A DNA stretch of 64,000 bases from Gammaproteobacteria bacterium. Lineage in GTDB: Bacteria > Pseudomonadota > Gammaproteobacteria > Eutrophobiales > Eutrophobiaceae. The notes beneath the pieces were generated by a model. That model ran no database searches, was not told where the DNA came from, and worked only from the letters and a program-made list of their open reading frames with translations. Location of the stretch: NCBI GenBank assembly GCA_965215365.1, contig CBDCDS010000003.1:2240001-2304000 (forward strand). The letters run 5' to 3'. Each line of letters begins with the position of its first letter. Positions within the stretch are counted from its first letter, which is position 1. Of this stretch, positions 47,831 to 57,006 are shown piece after piece. The translations under genes were made by a program, and so were the position numbers.

Positions 47831-49432
47831 ATGAGCGACGTTGCAGTACACGAACACCACCAAGACGACCACGATCACAAGCCGACCGGCCTTGGCCGCT
47901 GGCTGTTTTCCACCAACCACAAAGACATTGGCACCATGTACCTGGTGTTCTCGCTGATTATGTTCTTCGTCGGCGGCGCCATGGCCATGGTGATACGCGC
48001 CGAGTTATTTCAGCCGGGCCTGCAATTTGTTGACCCGCAGTTTTTTAATGCCATGACCACCATGCACGCGCTGATCATGATATTCGGCGTGATCATGCCG
48101 GCGGGTGTCGGTCTGGCTAACTGGATGATCCCGATTATGATCGGCGCGCCGGACATGGCGCTGCCGCGCATGAACAATATGAGCTTCTGGATCCTGCCGT
48201 TTGCCTTTGCCATGCTGTTGGCGACATTTTTTATGGAAGGCGGCGCCCCGAACGGCGGCTGGACTATGTATCCGCCGCTGGTCACGCAACTAGGCGAGGG
48301 TTTCCCATACCTGATTTTCACGGTGCATTTTTTGGGTGTTTCATCCATTATGGGCGCTATCAATATCATCGCCACCGTGTTTAATATGCGCGCGCCGGGC
48401 ATGGGCTTCATGCGGCTGCCATTGTTCGTATGGACTTGGATCATCACCGCATTCCTGCTCATTGTGTCGATGCCGGTGCTGGCCGGGGCGGTGACCATGC
48501 TGCTCACCGACAAGTATTTCGGTACCAGCTTTTTTGCTGCAGCCGGTGGCGGCGACCCGGTCATGTTCCAGCATATTTTCTGGTTCTTCGGCCATCCTGA
48601 GGTGTATATCCTGATCCTGCCGGCGTTTGGTATCGTCTCGCAGATCATCCCGACATTTGCCCGCAAACCGCTGTTTGGCTACGAGTCCATGGTGTACGCC
48701 ACCGCAGCCATTGCCTTCCTGTCGTTTTTCGTGTGGGCGCACCACATGTTTACCGTCGGCATGCCGTTGGCCGGCGAGTTGTTTTTCATGTATGCCACCA
48801 TGTCCATCGCGGTGCCTACCGGGGTTAAGATCTTCAACTGGCTGGCGACCATGTGGCGCGGCAGCATGACGTTTGAGACGCCCATGCTGTTCGCCCTGGC
48901 GTTCGTGATCCTGTTTTCTATCGGCGGCTTCTCCGGGTTGATGCTGGGCATTACCCCGGCGGACTTCCAATACCATGATACCTATTTTGTCGTGGCCCAC
49001 TTCCACTATGTGCTGGTGACCGGCGCCCTGTTTGCGCTGATGGCCGCCACCTATTTCTGGCTGCCCAAGTGGACTGGCCACATGTATGACGAAACCCTGG
49101 GTCAAGCCCATTTCTGGCTGTCCACGATCTCGGTCAACGTGCTGTTTTTCCCGCAACATTTCCTGGGGCTGGCGGGCATGCCGCGCCGTATCCCTGATTA
49201 TGCGGTGCAATTTACCGAGTGGAACATGATCTCCAGCCTGGGCGGCTTTGCGTTTGGCCTCAGCCAGTTGCTGTTTGTTTGGGTCATTATCAAGTGCGTG
49301 CGTGCCGGCAAGCAAGCAGACGAGCAGGTGTGGGAAGGCGCGCGTGGCCTGGAGTGGATCTTGCCCTCACCGCCGCCGTTCCACTCGTTTACGGTGCCGC
49401 CCAAAGTAGATGCTTCAGTTGCACATTCATGA
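47831..49432 (+). CDS. coxA: Cytochrome c oxidase subunit I (aa3, A1 type)
   Basis: STNHKDIG, GHPEVY, WAHHMF, VAHFHY, GMPRR. Confidence 0.99.
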   Translation: MSDVAVHEHHQDDHDHKPTGLGRWLFSTNHKDIGTMYLVFSLIMFFVGGAMAMVIRAELFQPGLQFVDPQFFNAMTTMHALIMIFGVIMPAGVGLANWMIPIMIGAPDMALPRMNNMSFWILPFAFAMLLATFFMEGGAPNGGWTMYPPLVTQLGEGFPYLIFTVHFLGVSSIMGAINIIATVFNMRAPGMGFMRLPLFVWTWIITAFLLIVSMPVLAGAVTMLLTDKYFGTSFFAAAGGGDPVMFQHIFWFFGHPEVYILILPAFGIVSQIIPTFARKPLFGYESMVYATAAIAFLSFFVWAHHMFTVGMPLAGELFFMYATMSIAVPTGVKIFNWLATMWRGSMTFETPMLFALAFVILFSIGGFSGLMLGITPADFQYHDTYFVVAHFHYVLVTGALFALMAATYFWLPKWTGHMYDETLGQAHFWLSTISVNVLFFPQHFLGLAGMPRRIPDYAVQFTEWNMISSLGGFAFGLSQLLFVWVIIKCVRAGKQADEQVWEGARGLEWILPSPPPFHSFTVPPKVDASVAHS

Positions 49433-49441
49433 CAGGCGCGC

Positions 49442-49573
49442 GTGAACCGGGAGTCTGACAACAATGACCGTGAGTTCATGACCCGCCGCCGCAAGGCCAA
49501 TGTGCGTCTGGCGCTGGCGCTGGCGTTGCTCGTGGTGGCAATTTACGTCGGCTTCATATTGAGCTACCTGTAG
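49442..49573 (+). CDS. Small single-TM protein of the cox operon
   Basis: Manual translation (V)NRESDNNDREFMTRRRKANVRLALALALLVVAIYVGFILSYL, between coxA and ctaG. Confidence 0.65.
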   Translation: MNRESDNNDREFMTRRRKANVRLALALALLVVAIYVGFILSYL

Positions 49574-49578
49574 TCGTC

Positions 49579-50157
49579 ATGGCGGACCGCAACGTCAACA
49601 AAACCGTGCGCCGGCTGCTGCTGGTGACCGTGGCCATGTTTGGCTTCGGCTATGCGCTGGTGCCGTTGTACCGGGTCTATTGCGACCTGACCGGGCGTGG
49701 CAGCAACCGCGCCATCAGCGCAGCTGAGGTCGGCAGCGAGGTGGACCGCGAGCGCCTAGTGACGGTGGTGCTGGACACCAATATCAGGGATATCCCCTGG
49801 ACATTCGAGGCGGAAAGCCACAAGACTAGGGTGCGTCCGGGTGAGTTATCCGAAGCCATGTTCACGGTGGAAAACCATTCGGCGCACACGGTAACCGGGC
49901 GCGCAATACCCAGCATCTCGCCGGTGCAGGCCGGCATTTACGTCAGCAAGATGGACTGTTTCTGCTTCACCGAACAGGTGCTGGCGCCGGGCGAGAGCAA
50001 GGCCATGCCGGTGCGGTTTATCGTCGATACCGACCTGCCGGAGCGGTTTTCATCATTAACGCTGTCGTACACCTTTTTTGACGTGGGGGAAAACAAGGCG
50101 CTGGCTGCCGCACAATCAGCGCCCGCAGCATCGGCGCCAACCGCCAATCCTTCCTGA
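49579..50157 (+). CDS. ctaG: Cytochrome c oxidase Cu chaperone CtaG/Cox11
   Basis: MFGFGYALVPLYRVYC, CFCF motif. Confidence 0.95.
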   Translation: MADRNVNKTVRRLLLVTVAMFGFGYALVPLYRVYCDLTGRGSNRAISAAEVGSEVDRERLVTVVLDTNIRDIPWTFEAESHKTRVRPGELSEAMFTVENHSAHTVTGRAIPSISPVQAGIYVSKMDCFCFTEQVLAPGESKAMPVRFIVDTDLPERFSSLTLSYTFFDVGENKALAAAQSAPAASAPTANPS

Positions 50158-50179
50158 TAACGATACCTGAGGAGCAAAC

Positions 50180-51094
50180 ATGTCCACTCAGCAAGACACT
50201 TATTTTATTCCCGAACCGAGCAAATGGCCGGTGTTGTTTTCCCTGGCCCTGTTCATCGCGTTTTGCGGCACGGCGTCCATGTTCAATTATTACCTCGCCA
50301 ACGGGGAGATGGCGAGTTTCGGTTCGCACCTGCTGTTGCTGGGATTTGTTGCGGTGTTCTACATGTTTTTCGTCTGGTTCCGCGACGTCATCGACGAAAG
50401 CCTGAGCGGCGCTTACAACAAACAAGTGGATATCAGCTTCCGCTGGGGCATGAGCTGGTTCATTATTTCAGAAGTTATGTTCTTTGCGGCATTTTTCGGC
50501 GCCTTGTTCTATGCCCGGGTGTACTCGGTGCCGTGGCTGGGCGGCGAAGGTTCCGGCGCGGCCACCAATGAATTTTTGTGGCCGGCCTTTGAGAACACCT
50601 GGCCGCTGCTGCTGACCCCGGATATGACCATAGAGGGTCTCTCCACCAAATTCACCGAGATCAAGGAGGTTATCCCGGCCTTTGGCATCCCCGCCATCAA
50701 CACCCTTATCCTGCTGTCCAGCGGCGCCACCGTGACCTTTGCCCACTGGGCCTTGAAGAAGAACCAGCGCGCGGCGCTGTGCTGGTGGCTGTTCGCCACA
50801 GTCCTGCTGGGTGCCGTGTTTATCTATTTGCAGGGCATAGAGTATGTGCACGCTTATCACGACCTGGGGCTGACCCTGAACTCCGGCATCTACGGCTCCA
50901 CGTTTTTCATGCTGACCGGCTTCCACGGTTTCCACGTGACTATGGGCGCAGTCATGCTGACCGTGATCCTGTTGCGTTCCATGCAGGGCCATTTCACCAA
51001 AGAGAACCACTTCGCGTTCGAAGCGGTGGCCTGGTACTGGCACTTCGTCGATGTCGTCTGGCTGGGCCTGTTTATCTTCGTGTATTGGTTGTAA
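50180..51094 (+). CDS. coxC: Cytochrome c oxidase subunit III
   Basis: FIISEVMFF, TGFHGFHV, WYWHFVDVVW. Confidence 0.97.
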   Translation: MSTQQDTYFIPEPSKWPVLFSLALFIAFCGTASMFNYYLANGEMASFGSHLLLLGFVAVFYMFFVWFRDVIDESLSGAYNKQVDISFRWGMSWFIISEVMFFAAFFGALFYARVYSVPWLGGEGSGAATNEFLWPAFENTWPLLLTPDMTIEGLSTKFTEIKEVIPAFGIPAINTLILLSSGATVTFAHWALKKNQRAALCWWLFATVLLGAVFIYLQGIEYVHAYHDLGLTLNSGIYGSTFFMLTGFHGFHVTMGAVMLTVILLRSMQGHFTKENHFAFEAVAWYWHFVDVVWLGLFIFVYWL

Positions 51095-51139
51095 GCGGCG
51101 CCAAACTACCGACGCGCGCCACGACCGGCGGCGGGGGGA

Positions 51140-51388
51140 TTACGGCGATGCTGCGGGCGGGGCTGCCGGGTTGATGCCGTGAGGTTTGATCAGGCCGGTG
51201 GCGAAGCCGATAAATAACAGGGCGAACAACGCAATGGATAACACTATCCGCAGCGTCAGTGACTTGACCGTGCGCTCGCTTTGACCTTTGTCCTTGACCA
51301 GAAACACCATGCCCGAAGCCAGGGAGACCAGGATGACAAGCAATAACACGACGATGACTATTTTGAATATTAACGCACCGCTGAACAT
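51140..51388 (-). CDS. Twin-transmembrane-helix small protein (DUF2909-like)
   Basis: SLASGMVFLVKD..RTVKSLTLRI..G.IKPHG; conserved antisense position between coxC and SURF1. Confidence 0.85.
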   Translation of the reverse strand: MFSGALIFKIVIVVLLLVILVSLASGMVFLVKDKGQSERTVKSLTLRIVLSIALFALLFIGFATGLIKPHGINPAAPPAASP

Positions 51389-51399
51389 GGCAATATCGG

Positions 51400-51418
51400 G
51401 TTGAGATATGCGGGTTAG
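51400..51418 (-). repeat. MITE B end motif
   Basis: GTTGAGATATGCGGGTTAG on the + strand. Confidence 0.75.
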
Positions 51419-51457
51419 TATAGCCTGTTTTTCCCCGCTACCATATTTTCGTCCAAA

Positions 51458-52210
51458 TTGGCGCGCCTGAATTTCACTCCCTCGTTATGGCCCAGCCTGG
51501 TCGCGCTGGCGGTGTTTGCCTTGTTTATCCGGTTGGGATTCTGGCAACTGGAACGGGCGGATGAGAAGCTGGCGCTGGAAACCATCTACCGCAACCATAT
51601 CGAGGCCGAACCCGTTGAGCTGACACAAGGTGGGCCGCTACGCGCACAGTCAGGCTGGATGCACTGGCGCAGATGTGTGCTGGACGGAGCCTTCGACCCC
51701 GAGACCGTGTTGTTGCTGGACAACCAGGTCTATAGAGGTACGGTGGGCTACCAGGTGTTCTCCCGCTTTGTGCTGGAGGATGGCGCCGCGGTACTGGTCG
51801 ATCGCGGCTGGGTGGCAGCGCCCGCAACCCGCCGCGCGGCGCCGCGCCTGACCACCCCGGCCGGGCGGCTGACGCTGTCCGGCGTCGCCAAACCGGTGCC
51901 GGTCGCCGGTATAAAACTGGGGCAGGAGCTCCCGGAGCTTCTGGGCGACAACCTGCTACGGCTGCAGCGCATCGACCTGACACAAATCGCCACCCGCAAC
52001 GACTGGGAGCTGCTCCCCTACGTGGTGCGCCTGGACCCCGACGCCAGCGGCGGCTTCACCTGGAACGGCACTGAGCCCGGCTTCAACCGCGAACGGCACC
52101 TGGGCTACGCCTTTCAATGGTTCGCCCTGGCCGCGGCGTTATTGGTCATTCTGGTGGTGACTGTGAAGAGAGGGAAGCGGCAGTCTGGTCACACAGCCGA
52201 TGACACCTGA
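51458..52210 (+). CDS. SURF1 family protein
   Basis: LGFWQLERADEK, LLDNQ, VDRGWV, HLGYAFQWF. Confidence 0.93.
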   Translation: MARLNFTPSLWPSLVALAVFALFIRLGFWQLERADEKLALETIYRNHIEAEPVELTQGGPLRAQSGWMHWRRCVLDGAFDPETVLLLDNQVYRGTVGYQVFSRFVLEDGAAVLVDRGWVAAPATRRAAPRLTTPAGRLTLSGVAKPVPVAGIKLGQELPELLGDNLLRLQRIDLTQIATRNDWELLPYVVRLDPDASGGFTWNGTEPGFNRERHLGYAFQWFALAAALLVILVVTVKRGKRQSGHTADDT

Positions 52211-53249
52211 AAACCTCGCCACACAGATAAAGACCTGGGGAGCCGAACTCGGCTTCCAACAGGTCGGCATCACCGGCATTGACCTCAAGGAAGATGAACG
52301 CCACCTGCATAACTGGCTGGAGCAGGACCTGCACGGGGACATGGCGTACATGCAGCGCCACGGCAACAAACGCACCCGGCCGGAACAGTTGCACCCGGGC
52401 ACCATCCGGGTTATCTCCGCCCGTATGGACTACCTGCCGCCCCGCGCCAAGCCCATACAGTCGGTGCTGGCCGACGGCAAGCTGGCGTTCATATCCCGCT
52501 ACGCGCTGGGTCGGGACTACCACAAGGTCATGCGCGCGCGTCTGAAAAAACTGGCGCAACGGATAACAGAAGAAGCCCGCCCACACGGCTGGCGTGTCTT
52601 CACCGACTCGGCGCCGGTGCTGGAAAAAGCGCTGGCGCGCAATGCCGGGCTGGGCTGGATCGGCAAGCACAGCAATCTGTTGCACCCGCAGGCGGGTTCC
52701 TGGTTCTTTCTGGGGGAAATCTATACCGACCTGCCGCTGCCGACAGACGAGAAGTTCGCCGGGGAACACTGCGGCGCCTGCACCGCCTGTATCGACGTCT
52801 GTCCCACCCGAGCCATTGTCGGCCCCTACCGGGTGGATGCCCGCCGTTGCATCTCCTACCTCACCATCGAGTACCGCGGCGTCATCCCGGAGGAATTCCG
52901 CCGCGCCCTGGGCAACCGCATCTACGGCTGTGACGACTGCCAGCTGGTCTGCCCCTGGAACCGATTCGCGCAATATACCTCAGAGCCGGACTACCAGCCC
53001 CGCCACAGGCTGGACGAGCTGAGTCTGGTCGAGTGCTTCCTGTGGAGTGAAGACAAATTCAAAGAAAAGACCGAAGGCGGCGCCATAAGACGCATCGGCT
53101 ACGAAAGCTGGCTACGCAACATCGCCGTCGCCTTGGGCAACGCCCCCACCTCGACAACAGTCATCAACGCCTTAAACCAGCGCAAGAACCATCCTTCATC
53201 CCTGATACGCGAACATGTGAGTTGGGCATTGGCACAGCACGCAGTGTAG
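52200..53249 (+). CDS. queG: tRNA epoxyqueuosine reductase
   Basis: SRYALGRDYH, DSAPVLE, CGACTACIDVCPT, RIYGCDDCQLVCPWN. Confidence 0.97.
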   Translation: MTPENLATQIKTWGAELGFQQVGITGIDLKEDERHLHNWLEQDLHGDMAYMQRHGNKRTRPEQLHPGTIRVISARMDYLPPRAKPIQSVLADGKLAFISRYALGRDYHKVMRARLKKLAQRITEEARPHGWRVFTDSAPVLEKALARNAGLGWIGKHSNLLHPQAGSWFFLGEIYTDLPLPTDEKFAGEHCGACTACIDVCPTRAIVGPYRVDARRCISYLTIEYRGVIPEEFRRALGNRIYGCDDCQLVCPWNRFAQYTSEPDYQPRHRLDELSLVECFLWSEDKFKEKTEGGAIRRIGYESWLRNIAVALGNAPTSTTVINALNQRKNHPSSLIREHVSWALAQHAV

Positions 53250-53271
53250 TCTTTGCGCGGACAAACTTCTT

Positions 53272-53290
53272 TTAACCCGAATATCTCACC
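53272..53290 (+). repeat. MITE B end motif
   Basis: TTAACCCGAATATCTCACC. Confidence 0.7.
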
Positions 53291-53381
53291 GAAGTGGTTC
53301 AATGATGAACTGGCGCAGTATTGGGCGTGTGCGCCCGGACCTTCCGGCATTACGTCGACCGGTATGTTGTTCGGAGTTTGC

Positions 53382-54062
53382 TTAGGCCGCAAGGGTTTCG
53401 ATGACATCGCCCTTGCGTTGCAGTACGGTCACGCCCTGCGCTAAGGCCGCCTGCTTCAGCTCGTCATGGAAGTGGAAGGCGGCCAGTGCCAAGCGCTGCC
53501 GGCGGTCGGCGTGTTCCGGGAATAAGCGCCGGAAGTTGGGCGCCTTCTGGTCCAGCAGGCGCGCTAAGTCGTTCTCATGTGCCTTGTACTTCACTTCCAC
53601 GACAAATACCTCGCGACCGTTCACTAACAGCAGGTCGAACTCGTCCTCAAGGCCGGCGCGGCTGCGCGTGATGTTCCGGTCGACGAAGTCGAAGCGCACC
53701 CCGGCCAGCGTCGGATTGGCCTTGAGGCTGTTGTGGTAGAACTCCTCAGCCGCCGCCCCCAGGCTGTTGCCGACGCCGCCGTACATTTCCGCCAGACGGT
53801 TCAGCTTGGCATCGGTCTTCGCCAGCTGGGCATCGGTCTTCGCCAGCTGGGCATCGGTCTTCGCCAGCTGGGCATCGGTCTTCGCCAGCTGGGCATCGGT
53901 CTTCGCCTGCTGCGCGGCGTTTTTTTCAATCAGGGCTTCGGTCTTCGCCAGCTTGGCCTCGGTCTTCGCCTGCTGCGCGGCGTTTTTCGCCAGCTGGGCA
54001 TCAGTACGGTCTTGCGCGGCGGCCAAGCCGGCAACCAGCGCTTTCAGTTCTTCATCGGTCAT
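53382..54062 (-). CDS. Coiled-coil repeat protein with C-terminal PD-(D/E)XK nuclease-like domain
   Basis: (AKTDAQL)n heptads from 21-bp repeats at about 53809-53906; AEE..EFDLLLVNG..VVEVK. Confidence 0.8.
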   Translation of the reverse strand: MTDEELKALVAGLAAAQDRTDAQLAKNAAQQAKTEAKLAKTEALIEKNAAQQAKTDAQLAKTDAQLAKTDAQLAKTDAQLAKTDAKLNRLAEMYGGVGNSLGAAAEEFYHNSLKANPTLAGVRFDFVDRNITRSRAGLEDEFDLLLVNGREVFVVEVKYKAHENDLARLLDQKAPNFRRLFPEHADRRQRLALAAFHFHDELKQAALAQGVTVLQRKGDVIETLAA

Positions 54063-54095
54063 GGCAAAATCCTCTCAGTGAAGCGGCGGCTCAGT

Positions 54096-55019
54096 CTATC
54101 CTGTCGGTGTTTCAGCCTGATCCTTGCAAGCCGAGATTCTCGTTTCGGCCAGTTTAATGTATTCCGGGGCGATGTCATAGGCCACATAGTTTCTATGGTT
54201 CTTTAGTGCCGACAGGCACACCGTGCCGCTGCCGGCAAACGGGTCGAGAACCACATCGTCCCTGAACGAATACAACTGAATCAGCCGGTGCGGCAATTCT
54301 TCCGGGAACGGCGCCGCATGGCCGATCTTTTTTGCTGATACCGCAGGAAAATCCCAGACGCTTTTCGTCCATTCCAGAAATTCTTCTTTCTTAATCGTGT
54401 TCTCCTTGTCTCCCCGTTTTCTTGAAAATGACTGCTTGGAAAACACCAAGATATATTCATGCACATCCCGCAACACCGGGTTGGCCGCCGACTGCCAACT
54501 GCCCCAGGCCGTGGAGGGACTGGCGCTGGAACCCTTGTTCCAGAGGATCTCCCCGCGCATCAGGTAGCCAAGCTCCTGCATCCCGTCAATAATATAACTG
54601 TGCAACGGGATATATGGCTTACGCCCAAGATTGGCCACATTGATACAAGCCCGCCCACCCGGCACCAGCACCCGATAGGTTTCCCGCCAAACAGCATTGA
54701 GCAACGTCAGGTACTCGGCAAGGCTCAAATCCTCGTCATATTCCTTGGCGACGTTATAAGGCGGCGAGGTAATCATCAGGTGCACACTGTTGTCCGGCAG
54801 CTCGCTCATCGCCTCACTGGATTTACAGAAGATTTTATTCAGATGCTCTGGCGGAACAGCATTCTCAATATAATCTACCTTCCCCCCGCTATCCAATCCT
54901 TCATATAGTCTGGCATTGTAAAATTTCGAGGAATCATGGCTGACCCTGCCGACTGTTCCGAACGCGCTCGTTTCGGTTCCTCGCCTGCGCTTGGCCTGGG
55001 TTTGCGATTGAGTTGCCAT
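54096..55019 (-). CDS. Site-specific DNA methyltransferase (N4-C/N6-A, beta class)
   Basis: TSPPYN catalytic motif before DPFAGSGT SAM-binding motif; HAAPFPEEL. Confidence 0.92.
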   Translation of the reverse strand: MATQSQTQAKRRRGTETSAFGTVGRVSHDSSKFYNARLYEGLDSGGKVDYIENAVPPEHLNKIFCKSSEAMSELPDNSVHLMITSPPYNVAKEYDEDLSLAEYLTLLNAVWRETYRVLVPGGRACINVANLGRKPYIPLHSYIIDGMQELGYLMRGEILWNKGSSASPSTAWGSWQSAANPVLRDVHEYILVFSKQSFSRKRGDKENTIKKEEFLEWTKSVWDFPAVSAKKIGHAAPFPEELPHRLIQLYSFRDDVVLDPFAGSGTVCLSALKNHRNYVAYDIAPEYIKLAETRISACKDQAETPTG

Positions 55020-55032
55020 AACTATTCCCGAA

Positions 55033-55147
55033 TTAAGGACGCCTCTAAACCTTCATGATCAGGGCACTGCACACCCCGACAATATGTAAATCTGAAAAAT
55101 TTACACAGCAAAAATACCACGGAGGGCATTTTTGGAGGTTGTTATAA
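55033..55147. mobile_element. MITE A copy (reverse orientation)
   Basis: TTAAGGACGCCTCTAAAC...ACACCCCGACAATATGTAAA...CCACGGAGGGCATTTTTGGAGGTT. Confidence 0.8.
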
Positions 55148-55190
55148 TACTATGGAACCTCCGACTTAATCGCAGGTTTCTGATTCGATA

Positions 55191-55829
55191 ATGTCTGATA
55201 CAAGTTTACGCGCCGCCATCATCGCCGCTGCCCGCTCCCTGCATGAACGGCAACTCGGTATCGGCACAGCCGGTAACGTCAGTGCCAAAATCGCGCAGGG
55301 TTACCTGATCACGCCCACGGGGGTGGACTATGAGACGCTGACGCCTGTGCATATCGTCAGCATGGACTTGCGCGGCAACCGCGCAAAAGGCGATCTCAAG
55401 CCTTCAAGCGAATGGCGTTTCCACCAGGACATCTATATTGCGCGGGCGGAGGTGAACGCCATTGTCCATACTCATTCCCCTTACGCCACGGCGCTGGCCT
55501 GTACCCGCCAGGACTTACCGGCGTTTCACTACATGGTGGCCGGCGCCGGCGGTGCCTCCATCCGTTGCACCGAGTATGCAACCTATGGCACCCAGGCCCT
55601 GTCCGATCACGCCCTGGCTGCCTTGTCCGGGCGGCACGCCTGCCTGCTCGCCAACCACGGGGTCATCGCGTTGGGCGCCGATGTCACCGCGGCCATGAAC
55701 ATGGCGCAGCTGGTAGAGGAGCTGGCCAAGCAATACCTGCTGAGCCGCATGGCCGGCGCGCCGGTGCTGCTGAACGATGCCGAAATGGAGGTCAATCTGG
55801 AAAAGTTCAAGGATTATGGCAAACAGTGA
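55191..55829 (+). CDS. Class II aldolase/adducin family (fuculose-phosphate aldolase-like)
   Basis: GTAGNVS, PSSEWRFH, VHTHS, LLANHG. Confidence 0.9.
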   Translation: MSDTSLRAAIIAAARSLHERQLGIGTAGNVSAKIAQGYLITPTGVDYETLTPVHIVSMDLRGNRAKGDLKPSSEWRFHQDIYIARAEVNAIVHTHSPYATALACTRQDLPAFHYMVAGAGGASIRCTEYATYGTQALSDHALAALSGRHACLLANHGVIALGADVTAAMNMAQLVEELAKQYLLSRMAGAPVLLNDAEMEVNLEKFKDYGKQ

Positions 55830-55853
55830 TGTGTCCGCAGCGGACGTGATGTA

Positions 55854-56606
55854 ATGGAAATCTGGCAATACCTCATCCTGTTACTGGTGGGTATCGTAGT
55901 CGGCTTTGTGAACGTGATGGCCGGCGGCGGGTCACTGTTGAGTATTCCGGTGATGTTGTTCATGGGAGTGCCGGCACCGGTGGCGAATGGCACCAACCGG
56001 ATTGCGATACTGGCGCAGATGGCCACGGCGACCATTGCCTTCTTCAGAAAGGGTTATTCCGACTTCAAGCTCAGCTTGACCCTGGCCCTGGCCGCGCTGC
56101 CCGGTGCCGTAGTCGGCGCGCTGCTCGGCACCCGTCTGGAGGGGGTCTGGTTTAATCGTATCCTGGCTGTCATCATGCTGGCGGTAATGCTGGTCATGGC
56201 CACGGAAAAACGCACCCCGGACTATGCTCGGACACCGCCACCGAGACCGCGCCTGGCACTGGCGCACATACTGATGGCGTTGGTGGGAATCTGGGGAGGG
56301 TTCATACAGGTAGGGGCCGGTTTCCTGTTCATGCCGATTCTGTACAAGACTCTGGGCCTGGACCTGGTGCGGGTGAACATGCACAAGACCTTTATCATCA
56401 CCTTCTATACCACGGCGGCCCTGATCGTATTTGCCTGGCAAGTGGAGCTGTTCTGGGTGCTGGGTTTAAGTTTGGCCGTGGGCACTTCCATCGGTGCCTG
56501 GCTCAGCGCGCAGGTGCAGGTCAGCCAGGGGGAAAGGCTTATCAAGGGGGTGCTGAATACCGTACTCGCGCTGTTCATCGTCAAGCTGCTGTTCTTTAAC
56601 GGATAG
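55854..56606 (+). CDS. Sulfite exporter TauE/SafE family membrane protein
   Basis: NVMAGGGSLL, ANGTNR, WGGFIQVGAG. Confidence 0.9.
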   Translation: MEIWQYLILLLVGIVVGFVNVMAGGGSLLSIPVMLFMGVPAPVANGTNRIAILAQMATATIAFFRKGYSDFKLSLTLALAALPGAVVGALLGTRLEGVWFNRILAVIMLAVMLVMATEKRTPDYARTPPPRPRLALAHILMALVGIWGGFIQVGAGFLFMPILYKTLGLDLVRVNMHKTFIITFYTTAALIVFAWQVELFWVLGLSLAVGTSIGAWLSAQVQVSQGERLIKGVLNTVLALFIVKLLFFNG

Positions 56607-56672
56607 CTCAGCAGTTCCCGTTAACCCCACCTCATTTTGCCGATGTTAGCGGGAACCACTGCCCGCAAGCCT

Positions 56673-56745
56673 ATGCCACGGAGGGTATTTTTGCTATGTA
56701 AATTTTACAGATTTACATACTGTCGGGGTGCGCAACGCCCTGATA
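56673..56745. mobile_element. Partial MITE A copy
   Basis: CCACGGAGGGTATTTTTGCTATGTAAATTTTACAGATTTACATACTGTCGGGGTG. Confidence 0.8.
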
Positions 56746-56970
56746 GCGTTGGACGCAGCGGCGGAATGCTTTCATGGGTAGGTGGGCCATGACTTGCGAG
56801 AAGACAAATTGGCCGGTGGGCATGGTGATTTCTCCTGATGATGATGAACATCGGGAGGGTAACATCAAGCGGCGGCGGCAGTTTTAATCGATACCCCTGA
56901 AAAATCTCTGATTTATGAACAAAATGAATGAGTTATACTACATCAATGCGATTTTCTTGGGACACTAGTG
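56738..56970 (-). pseudogene. IS4-family left end with truncated transposase N-terminus
   Basis: Minus-strand end CACTAGTGTCC; AGGAGA RBS then MPTGQFVFSQVMAHLPMKAFRRCVQRYQG from 56823 (DUF4372-like), running into MITE sequence. Confidence 0.75.
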
Positions 56971-57006
56971 CACAGCAGGCATTGATCAGGTAAACTGTCT
57001 GCCATT

